A stretch of DNA of 64,000 nt from contig OX337231.1 of the NCBI GenBank assembly GCA_946965045.2, positions 1,178,001 through 1,242,000 of the forward strand, given 5' to 3'. A program made the translations under genes and the position numbers. Within the stretch, counting starts at the first letter, position 1, and each line of letters starts with the position of its first letter. Source of the stretch: Epithemia pelagica. Lineage: Eukaryota; Protista; Bacillariophyta. Under the pieces are notes generated by a model. It had not been told where the DNA came from, did not search any database, and saw nothing but the letters and a program-made list of their open reading frames with translations. Below are positions 11,022-21,204 of the stretch, one piece after another.

Positions 11022-14000
11022 TCATTTTTGCCGTTTCGAAGTCTCCATGGTTTCTGATGTTGTTGATTGTCTAATCGAGTTTGTATCTTTATCTCCAGTC
11101 TTGCTGCCACACAGCAAGTCAGTTCGGTGAGACGACCTTGTTCTTTTTTTTGGATCTGTTCTACGCTCAATATGGGACGCTCTGTTTTGGTTTTTCATTC
11201 CATACGTCGCTCCACTTGCGAATTCATCCGCCCATTTCTTGACGTCTTTGACTTCCCAAATGATATCGCTGTACTTTTGATTTTTTGCATCCTCCCTTAA
11301 TAATGACTGTTCAGTTTCAGATTGGAGAAATTGTCCTACGGCGTCTCCTTCATTGATCAACTCTGGATTCTCATCGATGACACCCACTTGACGAACAATC
11401 CAGTTGACAGGAACTAAGACAATCTTTGCTGTTTCCCTTTGATTCCCAGTTTTTACATACTGCTTGCTCCATCTTTTGAAAAGTGTGGAACTTCTTTCCT
11501 TATCAAGCTTCGACATCTCACACTCTTCGGGTGGTAGTTTCGGGTGTGTCGTTCTAAGAAGGACGTGTGTGAGACCTTGCTTATGTTGTACCAACGTGTT
11601 TCCTTTGGATTGTTGTTGTGTATCTGTTTGGGAAACCATTTGTTTGTCAAGGCAGACAAAGCACATCACTTGACAAGGAATTGTGTGGTAGGCTGTTGGA
11701 TTCACTGCGTTGAATATTGGTCCATCGGTTTCATCGGGAATTTTTGCCATTACCCAATCTCGCCAAGGTCCATTCCCTTGATAATTTGGATGAGAACGTA
11801 CCATACCGATTTCATGTTTCTCCATACCAAAAGTGGCCTCTGTACAACACTCTATGACAAATGAATCACTGTCGAAGACAATGACGTTTGCTTGGTTTCC
11901 CTGGGATGAGGACTGCTTCTGATTATGGAATGATGTGGCATGTCGTTCGAAATACGAAATAACAAAGGGAGGTAAAAGCATACCATGTTTGGTTTGTGTG
12001 TTGAAGTGAACGTCCACCTTGAAATGATGAGAATTTTCTTGCCGTGAATATACAATCATGAAATTCGTTCACTTCCATCCCCTTCGGACTATACACATAT
12101 CATCTTGGATTGGTTGTTGTTCCCTTCGTAACTGGCAGTCGTAAGGTGACATTCCCTGTTTCAGTTCATCTATTTCAGTTGGCCCAATTCCCGCGGCCTG
12201 TCGGAAGAATTCTAACTTTTGCATCCACCAGATGCCATGGCCGAGTTGTGCAGTGAAAATCCCGTCACCTCTTTTCTGCACGGTTTTTGCGTTCTGCTTA
12301 ACGATTTCCTTATGATTGCTTTCCTCAGCCTCAACATCTATTCCCATAACTGGTCCAAAATTCGAAACTTGTTGCACGATATGAACCAAATTATGAAACT
12401 TGGGGATTCTCCATCCGTTGGATAAAATTTTCCCTTTCTTGTCAAGTCTGGGTGCATGCCGTCTGATCTTATCCATCATTCGACGTACAGATTCCAATGC
12501 CCTAGCCTTTTTGGCCTGTCCAGTTGTGGATTCAAAATCTGATTCCCAGAAACAATCCATACGCACCCAGCTATTGAATGTAAGCAAACATTTGAACAAC
12601 TCGAGGAAATCAAGACATGGTTCTCCTTCCCCATTATCCCATATAGATTGGTATGCGACGGGGTCATCGGCAAAGAAACTCTCACGTGCTTCATTGAGGT
12701 CCTCCTCATCCTCTTCGTAATCATCATCGTCGGGATCACCGCCCCTCTGGTCGTCATTCTGGGGTGATGCATCATTTCTATTACCATTGTCTGTTACCAG
12801 AGGTGGAAGTATCACCCTTTTTACAACCTCTATCCCATGCATTCTGAGTTTCATCCAGACACCACCCTGCTTTTGAATTTCCCGGAGATTCTCTACGATG
12901 ACGGACAACTGAGCATGGTAATTCCGACATGGACTCCCTGTCGACAATGTTGCCCTGACAGACGACGATTTCTGATCCATATCTGATATCAAACCAAGAA
13001 TCATTTGGCGTTTTGCCTCTCGCATTTCGGAAAGCTTCAGGAATGAAGGTACCATGACAACTGGTTCTGCACAGAATCTTCCATCACCGGTGACATGTGT
13101 CTTGTCGGTATATGCGAGTAAACCGATGACAAATACATCTGGATCATCTTTATATTTACAAACTGTCTCCTGGAAAACTCGTGCGTCTTGAATATTTTCG
13201 ATAAAGCGATTTGGTTTATATGGTTGATAAGGATTATCCCTGTCCAAAATCGTGTTTTCCGAACTGGTTGCTTCTGGATCTTGTATCACCCGTCGAAGTT
13301 GGTGGATGAAATGGAATACTATGGCATTGATCCTCTTTTCACTTAATGGTACTAACAAGTTTCTTTTGTTGGCATATTCCATTGGGATGGGAACCTCTTT
13401 TGGAGGAGGGAATTCCTTAGTCCGATTCTTCTTCTTTTGTGCCATAGATTCCTCATCATCATCATCCAAACTCTACAAGTCAAATTTTTTCAGGAACGCT
13501 TCTCGTTTTTTGTGTTTGTGTTCCAAAAAATTCGAACCACAACGGGAATATGTATCCCGAAGCCAACTGAGAATGGAATCAAACAGATATTTGGGGGTTC
13601 CTGCACTTTTGAGCAACAATAACAATCTCAACAGACATCGTTCATGCTCGCTCATTTTGTTTCGGATTATATCAGCTCTCATGTATGATGGGAAATCGTA
13701 TGGATTTGATTTTGAATTCGCAGAAGATGAAGATATAGTGCTGGACTTGTCTGTTCTATCTACAGAAACTTGGTCGTTTGTCAAACTCTCAACTGGTGTT
13801 TCCTCTTGACCATCATCGATGTACATACTCTCATCTTCTTCTTTCGTATCATGGGATGTATCGATGCCAACATTTGGGATCTCAACGCACATATCGAGTT
13901 CCAAAATATTTTGTACATCCATGTGGTTGAACATATCACCGTGTATATTGACTGATGAGTCCACGTCGGGTTGATTCATGTCGGTATGTCTTGTTATCTG

Positions 14001-14146
14001 ACCACATGCATCTTCGTGGCAACGGAGACCACGAAGACCAAAATTCTGTCCACAAAATCTACAATAACCAGATGGACAGGATGCAACACCACATGGTTCA
14101 CCGTTGAGGATTGTTTGTTACTGTATGTTCGCCGTGACCTTCCCAT
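11022..14146 (-). pseudogene. Plavaka-family (CACTA/EnSpm-related) DDE transposase, disrupted
   Basis: N-terminal C2HC finger CRFCGQNFGLRGLRCHEDAC; LLAYTDKTH...AEPV; KFHNLVHIVQQVSNFG...EESNHKEIVK; C-terminal VRSHPNYQGNGPWRDWVMA. Lesions: 1-bp frameshift at ~14113-14116, TAG at 13473-13475, TGA at 12069-12071, and a probable internal deletion near 12790. Confidence 0.85.
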
Positions 14147-15459
14147 TTCAACGTATTTCGCATCACGTACTACTGAAATGGTCGTGTTGGTATGTTTTCG
14201 ATTAGATGACAATTTTACAAAGTTGGTTGGATGTTGCAGGTCGACTGGCGTTCCAAGAATGGCTGGCGTGGCGCGGATACATATGTGTCTTGGAGCGGTT
14301 TTTTTTAATTTGTTATGGAGGAACGGTCGGTGGAAATATACGTTTTCGGAATGATGATGGAGAGTTTATGCTTATCCATTAAGTCTTTTGGCGGACAGGC
14401 GATTGTGGTTCACGCATGCTCGGTTTTCTCCTTTGGCGCTTCATTTTGAAAATTCTCCTGGAGTGTATGACTGCTCCGTGTTATCATCGATATGCATTGG
14501 TTCTATTTGAGTTGTCGACTGGCTTCATCGGAAATACAAATGAAGATTGATCGATGAGAAAGTAGTACATCAATGTCATAAAAGAGCAATGGTAAGAACG
14601 ACGAGCAATTCAACGAAGGCAAAAAGTGGGACAAGCGGAAGGCAAAACAAGCGTAAAAATGAGGCAATCTCAAAACAAGCAGAAGGAGAGAAGAACAATG
14701 AAAACTGTGACCCACAGCAGACTGATTCGGCAAACACGACGCGTCAACAAGTCGTTGGTAGAGACGAAGCAATTCAACATGTTTCTAAAACAAAACCACC
14801 GGAAGTGAACCAATTGATATCTACTTTGTCGGGTCCAAGTACGACAAACGATTTCGTGGATCCAGAGGTTGCCAAGGTCTTTGAAGACGACGATGATGAT
14901 TCTGAAAAACCAAAGGATGGACGACAGGATGAGAACAGGAATGCAACAGATGTAAGCAGGGCACCTTCAGACAATGACACGAGGACGGCTAATTCTAGTA
15001 GAAGCCAACCACTGTTTGATGGCCGGAGTCAGGACGCAATAATGGGATCAACAGTGGAGAATTCTGTTAATACACGGGTACAATATCACCAGATGTTGAA
15101 TCATCGAAACCAATCTTTTGGACAATATGATACATCTACCACTCGACCAGAAGCAAGTTCTAGTTTCGATAGAGAAGTACAAACCAAAGATTTGGCACCA
15201 ACTGGACAAGAAGTGATGACGGACCTAAATTCCAGGATGCCGGTCCAGACTCAAGCTAGCACCATACACATGGGACAACGAACATGGACGTCTCATATTC
15301 CAATGAACCAATATGAACAAGGATGGAATGGAATCCGGACACAAAATGGTCCAAATGGTCAATATAACTACCCACAGAGGGGAAACGGGGGGTTACCTCC
15401 ACAGATATCAGTACAAGCACAACAAAGAGACCATCGGTTATGGAACAATCAGTATGCTG

Positions 15460-15690
15460 AAAGTGGGACACAACAGAGCCAGAACAATGTCTTTCAACAA
15501 ACAACTATGACTAATGTACCACAGCAGGGCCAGAACAACGAATATCAACAGATGGATATGACGAATGGACCACAACAGGGTCCGAACAGCAATGTATATC
15601 AACAGACAGATATGACGAATGGACCACAGCAGGGTCAGAACAATGTATATCAACAGACGGATATGACGAATGGACCACAGGAGCAGGAGT
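15460..15690 (+). repeat. Coding Q/N-rich tandem repeat, 51-54 bp, 4-5 copies
   Basis: QQTDMTNGPQQGQNNVY-like units start at 15495, 15546, 15600 and 15651. Confidence 0.9.
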
Positions 15691-16697
15691 ACACAAATAA
15701 CTGGAGACGGGACGATGGTCAACAGGATATGAGAAATGTACCACAGGGACAAATGGCAAAACAAGTTCAAACAGACTTAGAAAGGGAGGCGTTGGATCCT
15801 AACCAATTTGGTTTTTCACCTACAGAAACAGAAGCGATATGTTTTCCTAAACCAATGTCTCAAGTTGGTACGTATAAGAAGTTTTCGAACAGAGGTGGGG
15901 TCTTCTCGGACTCTCATGATTGATGTTGTTGGGGTATATCATTGATAATCTGAACCAGATGCTTGTCTTGCTCATGATGTCTCTTCATTGTCTGATATGT
16001 CATCGACATACACAGGAGATCAGGAACGTTGTATTGCAAACCTACGGCCTGGATATATATTTGTTACCACGGGTGAGAGGTTGGTTGTAAGAGCATCCAC
16101 AAGTAATGATACACATTCCAAACAGTCGTCAAATAAGAAGAAAAACTCGAACAAATATACAGAACCAAAACAAATGCCTATCATCTTGGGACTACAAGAC
16201 TTCAAAGACTTTGTCAAGTATAAGGTTTTCCGATTCATCAAATACTATGATCCATACACAGATTGTAAACCTGACAGTGAACTGTACACTTTGTTTTGTG
16301 CTGAATACGACAACTACATCAAGGTTACCAGAATTACAGATACATTTCAATGGTTTAAGGATTGTTGTGGGGATATTCAGAAGATCTTACGACAGAAACG
16401 GTCGAACGCATTGGGACAGTTTGCCAAGAAGTTCAAACGTGAGTGTTGACTTGTTCCATGAGGACTTTGTTGTGATGTTCATTGCCTAGCTAACCATTCT
16501 TGTGTTTGCATGAGAACAGGACGAGTTAAGATTGATTTGTTTTGTACCTATAAGGGTGGGATCCTCTCTGACAACTTTTCTGAGCACCATAAAATGGATG
16601 ATTATGGACTTATGCCGAGCATTGAGGATTTCATGAATATGAGGGGGGATAACGGAAGAAGTGATCATTACATATACATGTTTGAGCTTTTTGGTAT

Positions 16698-16830
16698 TGC
16701 TGTGTACGGTGAAAATGTATATCGAGAGGTAATTGATCCACCGCTGGGTGCACAGCAGAATACTGCTGTGTACGGTGAAAAATGTATATCGAGAGGTAAT
16801 TGATCCACCGCTGGGTGCACAGCAGAATAC
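16698..16830 (+). repeat. Tandem duplication, 66 bp + 67 bp
   Basis: tgctgtgtacggtgaaaatgtatatcgagagg...cagcagaatac occurs twice; copy 2 has an extra A (gaaaaatg). Confidence 0.95.
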
Positions 16831-17761
16831 GGTGGAGGGGAGAGTGAGCATGTGGAATGAAAGAAGTCTGAAAAGATTCACTTGTAATGACGAGGCATGG
16901 ATGCTTTTGGTATTGGAAGATAACTGGTGTGTTTGGTATAACAAGGCAGTCGATGAACTATCTGCGGAGATTCGAAGCCTCAGTAACAAGGAGTTCATGC
17001 AACGGTATATGGAACAGGGATTTTTACAGAATCGATATCAGGAGGGTTATAGGTATTCACAGGGTGTGGGTGAGTCACGGAAGATGAATGAGAAAGGATT
17101 CGATCGGTTGGAAGCCTTAGAACGGCGGGTGCAACAGGATCGGTTGAGATCAGGAGCAATTTTCATGGAAGCATTGTATTCTAAATATCGAACGGTGATG
17201 GGATACACAACTCAAAGGAATGATAATGTTAACAATGTGAGACGGCAGCGCTTATTTGTTTGATGGTGTGTGGAGAGAACATATGAATGCTAGATGAATT
17301 AAAATTTGAATTATTGTGGACAAAGACTTGCTACCTTTGTGCTGCATATGTGTGATTGTTGTGTGCCTGTGGGTGATTGTTATGTGTGTGTTTGAGAGGT
17401 GGATGCACATTTCATTGTCCTTGTGTGCGCATATGTTGTCATGATGGGCACCTGATTTGTCATGGAGATGGTGATGGTTCTCGGGGTGTTGATGTGCATG
17501 TATGGTTTTGTGGTGTGCATGAAGGGTGAGTTGTTTGTGTGAGTGATCGTGCGCATTATGTGGGGGGTGGGGGGGGTATGCGCGGGGTGAGTGTGGTGGT
17601 GCGTGTGTTGTGTGGTGAGTGCGCGGTGGGGAATCTGTCGTGCGAGGACTTTCGGATAATTCAGTCGTGAAATTTTGGTGCGATTGAGGAGGCGATTGAA
17701 TGGGGCGCCTGAACTTACCCTTTGATGGACGTACAAGGAAATATTCCAACAAAATCTGCGG

Positions 17762-18220
17762 ATGGAGGACGCTGTTGCATCGATGGCAGAGGAAATTTCA
17801 CGGCTTCGTGAGCTTTCTCTTCCCGGTTATCCGATGGCAAGTCAAATTAAACCAATGAACCAAAATGGTGAAGACACTGACGAAGTAAATGATGCTGATC
17901 AAACTGTTGTTTGGTTGCCAGACCATCAAGAACCTCCAGACACAGCCCAGATAGTACACTGGCCACTGCCACAAAATACACCCTGTCCGACATTTCCAGT
18001 TCCAACTGTTAGAGCAAGAAGAGGAACACGAGTAGTCGCAAATACGCAAGTAGGTGCCAATTCAAATGGAACCTTCACTAACCAACCTGCTATCACTGCG
18101 AGCAAACGGGGAAGAGATAAAGCGAAGCGGCGGAAGTGAACATGTAGGATGTGTGGGAAAAGTCAAGAAGAGTGTCCCGGTGCTTGGCAAATCGGAAAAT
18201 GCACTCAGGGCAGTGGCTGA
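17762..18220 (+). pseudogene. Short ORF with C-terminal Cys motif behind an in-frame TGA
   Basis: KAKRRK*TCRMCGKSQEECPGAWQIGKC; the TGA is at 18137-18139 and the next stop ends at 18220. Confidence 0.4.
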
Positions 18221-18310
18221 TTGTTAGTTACATAAGCAGTGGTGGCCGTGGAGGCTTTCTCGAAGGTGGAGGAGGTAGCAACAATCGTGCGTCAAGGATG
18301 CCGACTTCAT

Positions 18311-18680
18311 GGATCATCGTACCCATGGGCCAGATGACCCATTACAATCTTTTTTAGTTTCGTTCAAGTTTTTCGAGAAACGGCTTGGCCCAGGATGATC
18401 GCACCCATGGGCCAGATGACCCATCCCAATCTTTTTAAGTTTCGTTCAAGTTTTTAGGTAACCCACTCGTCATTCGAGAACTGGCTTGGCCAAGGGTCAT
18501 CACGGCCAGATGACCCATCCCAATATTTTTTAGTTTCGTTCAGGATTTTAGGTAACCACTCGTCATTCAAGAAATGTCTTGGCCCAGGATCATCGTACCC
18601 ATGGGCCAGATGACCCATCCCAATCTTTTTAGTTTCTTCCAAAATGAAATATTAACCACTCATCATTCGAGAAATTGGGA
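18311..18680. repeat. Subterminal-type degenerate tandem repeats, 82-101-bp units, 4 copies
   Basis: ggatcatcgtacccatgggccagatgacccat-like cores start at 18311, 18393, 18494 and 18587. Confidence 0.85.
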
Positions 18681-18992
18681 AGCTCGTCCTTGTCATTACG
18701 ACGGACACAAGGCAAACTCGTGCCGCAATCAAAGCAGAAACACAAGAACAGCCAATCAAACAGAAAAGGGACTCCGAGTTCAGCCATGTCGTGTTTGGTC
18801 GAACTAGTGTGGTGGTTGAAGGAGGGTGGCCACATGTTGGGATAACCATGTTTGTCTTGTTGCGTTCGCTATTGTTTGTTTCGCGTCGTTCGTGTAGAGA
18901 TCGCGCAGCTAAGCTCGCTTCGCTCGCGCGAATTATTTTTGTCGCTGCGCTCCACCGCTACGGTATTGGTGCCATTCAATTTGATAGCCATA

Positions 18993-19074
18993 GCTATGGT
19001 TACAAAAATGCCGGGAAAGTTGATAGCTATACTTCCCAGTTCCCAGGGACACCCGGCATTTTTGTAACCATAGC
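18993..19074. repeat. Perfect 23-bp inverted repeat with 36-nt spacer
   Basis: gctatggttacaaaaatgccggg (18993-19015) and cccggcatttttgtaaccatagc (19052-19074). Confidence 0.95.
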
Positions 19075-19104
19075 GGGGAAGTCGCGAGTCGGACGTTTTC
19101 ATTC

Positions 19105-19355
19105 ACTAGTGCCTACACTCTGGGTGTGCCCATGACGGACGAAAATGTGACATTGGGCACATAGTTTCAAATAGATAGAACTCGATCAATATTAGCCCTA
19201 TGACAATGATCTGATGCTTCTTGCCAATCTTTAGGTCATTCTCTGTCACCATTTGATGCCCCATTTGGGCTACATATGACATATCTTGGTCATAGGAGTG
19301 CCTCAATCGGAGGCTTGATGCATTTGTGGAGTGTGTGGGCACATTCTGGGCACAA
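19105..19355 (+). repeat. Left terminal inverted repeat of the piggyBac-like element
   Basis: actagtgcctac...gtgtgcccat...cattgggcacata...tagataga...caatattag...catatct.ggtcata...tgtgggcacat matches the right end in inverted orientation. Confidence 0.8.
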
Positions 19356-19401
19356 TATAGAAAGTGATGTCAAACGCTTGTTTTAGACCAGTTATCTACT
19401 A

Positions 19402-19989
19402 TTAATCAAAGTTGTAGTCAATATAAGGTTCTTGAGTCTCTGCAAACTCGAAGGAAAGGTTACTGTCCACGCCAATGGATGAATTGCGCTTCCCAGATTT
19501 TCCCAGTAGATTGCCATTGGTCGAAGTGCTGTCATTGTTTTCCTCATCATCATAATTGATCCACGGTTCCATGATCTTCACAGCAGCAGAGTGTTTTTCA
19601 TTGTTTCCTGGTTTCTTGTTCTCCTTGAAGCGCATGGCAATTGTGTCAAAAGGAGATGGAGATGACAACTCTGTTTCTGAATGGAAGACGAACACATGCG
19701 TCTTCTTTTCCACAACCTTGGCTTGAGCCGAGCTTACGAGCACATCAGCCTCCCGCTTCACCTTCACATTCTCTGCCATTGTCAACTTGTTCTTGCAATT
19801 CTTGGTCTTTGATTGTTTTTTGCTTGCTGGAGCCGTCTTCTTACGAGCACGTGAGGATGTGGCTTGACTCGAAACAGAGGTGGAAACTGGACCAAGGAGA
19901 ACGCATGGCTGCAACGATGAATCCGAAGCCCCTTTGGTGCGCTTCTGGTTGCGTAGACTGATGCGACGGCCGTTGACGATTGTAGACAT
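19402..19989 (-). CDS. Hypothetical basic/Ser-rich protein, cargo of the piggyBac-like element
   Basis: Open frame from ATG 19989 (MSTIVNGRR), within the 224-aa ORF; no recognisable domain. Confidence 0.4.
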   Translation of the reverse strand: MSTIVNGRRISLRNQKRTKGASDSSLQPCVLLGPVSTSVSSQATSSRARKKTAPASKKQSKTKNCKNKLTMAENVKVKREADVLVSSAQAKVVEKKTHVFVFHSETELSSPSPFDTIAMRFKENKKPGNNEKHSAAVKIMEPWINYDDEENNDSTSTNGNLLGKSGKRNSSIGVDSNLSFEFAETQEPYIDYNFD

Positions 19990-20377
19990 TGTCTTTTTGT
20001 TTTGATGTCCAATGGATTCTCTCTCCCCCTTCGCAAACATGCAAAAGATGAGGACAACGGGTCGTGTCTGTTGCAATAGGTTCCGAACGTAGAAATGTCA
20101 CGCCAGCCAACAAAATTTCCTTAAATAAGTGGTGCGCGCCACGAGAACGGTTGGAGGGAAAAAGCAGTCCATGCCCTCACAAATCTCAAAACAAACACAA
20201 TCACACAACAGATTCGAACTGACTTTACTACTGGACAGATTTAGCTTTGTAAGCGCAACACAGACAGGGTAGTGAGTGAGTAGTATCGCAGTGGAAATCA
20301 TGGAACTGTGCTATTCAAATCGTCTGCCTTTGACTCACACTTCTACAAAGTTTTCAATTCATCAATCATCCAGCAAG

Positions 20378-20969
20378 ATGCCAGAGAGTGGCAGCAAGAG
20401 ATTCGAAACGATGCAGCTGGCGAATGGTTTCACCGTTGTCTACGACGGTGGACAGAAGCTCGACACCAAGGGTGAGACAGTGACGATGTTCGGTGAGGCA
20501 GGGGTGAATGCATACCTGAGGTCAGCTGGGGGTGGAGAAAAAGAAGGCGTCAGTGATGGCCGGTTGATTGTTGACCGTGGTGTTTTGCTGTTTCAGAGAA
20601 CCTTTCTGTCTGAACTACGCCCAAATGCACTTTCAATTCCTCTTTGATCGTTCTCAAAGAGATGATTCAGTTCCAGAGCTTGTAATTCCGCTTGAATACG
20701 TCAGCAATCAACTGGAAAGCATGATTCTTCGTTCAAGCAGTGGCAAAGTCATTAAGGGCAAGATTGTCATTGCGACAACCCACTCACTCAACACAGTGAT
20801 GACAATGGATCCTATGGTTGTCACTGTGAAGATGAGTGTTGTGGGAGCAACAACGCTCTTAAACCTTATCAACCAGCACCAGAAACGTTGTGGAGACATT
20901 CTGGATCACAAGAAGGATGGCGAAGTCGATGTCAAGTTCTTGGTGATGAAGAAACCAAACTTGTTGTAG
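20378..20969 (+). CDS. Two-exon hypothetical protein, cargo of the piggyBac-like element
   Basis: Intron 20521-20596 (GTCAGC..TTTCAG) joins ORFs 20276-20647 and 20568-20969 in frame (AYLR|EPFCLNY). The start could also be ATG 20300. Confidence 0.6.
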
Positions 20970-21204
20970 AAGTGAAGATTGATATAGTAGTTCTTATTGT
21001 TCATTTTCTTTCTTTTCTAGTATGCATGTGCACTGGCGTTTTTCATAGAATGATATTTAGGAGGAGGAGTGAAAGACGCTACTAATTTGTTTTGTAGAAG
21101 CACTGATATTGCTGCAAATTGAACTACGTACTGTTTTGTTAACTAATCATGTATTCGAGCTTTCATAGAATGCTCAAAGTTCTCATTCATGGAACTCCTA
21201 TTAA

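Larger units (their letters stand above)
14589..17263 (+). pseudogene. Three-exon transposon accessory (TnpA-like helper) gene, frameshifted by a tandem duplication
   Basis: Introns 15868-15958 and 16439-16519 (GT..AG; CTAAC branch site at 16490) join the ORFs in frame. Removing the 67-bp second repeat copy gives 2,436 nt (812 codons). The C-terminus has a DEAWMLLVLEDNW motif. The helper role is inferred from position. Confidence 0.6.
1..19111. mobile_element. Large Plavaka/CACTA(EnSpm)-like DNA transposon with cargo genes; left end outside the window, right end inferred
   Basis: Contains a Plavaka-type transposase (11022-14146) and several broken accessory ORFs. Tandem subterminal-type repeats lie at 18311-18680, a 23-bp inverted repeat at 18993-19074, and ...CACTAGTG at 19104-19111 (TAGTG is the reverse complement of CACTA). 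No recognisable host housekeeping gene occurs in the interval. Confidence 0.7.

Noticed and set aside
17252-17752. His/Thr-rich minus-strand ORFs
   Set aside because: They result from a TG-rich low-complexity tract and show no domain signal. The same applies to the (TG)n tract at ~7790-7845.
18311-18680. CRISPR-like array
   Set aside because: The units are long degenerate tandem repeats without unique spacers, there are no cas genes, and the context is eukaryotic.
1-19100. Endogenous virus or Polinton/Maverick
   Set aside because: No DNA polymerase B, packaging ATPase, integrase or capsid motifs were seen.
18900-19110. Helitron 3' end (hairpin + CTAG|T)
   Set aside because: No Rep/helicase ORF is in the window, the hairpin is longer and further from CTAG than is typical, and a Plavaka transposase explains the block. 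It cannot be fully excluded without the left end.
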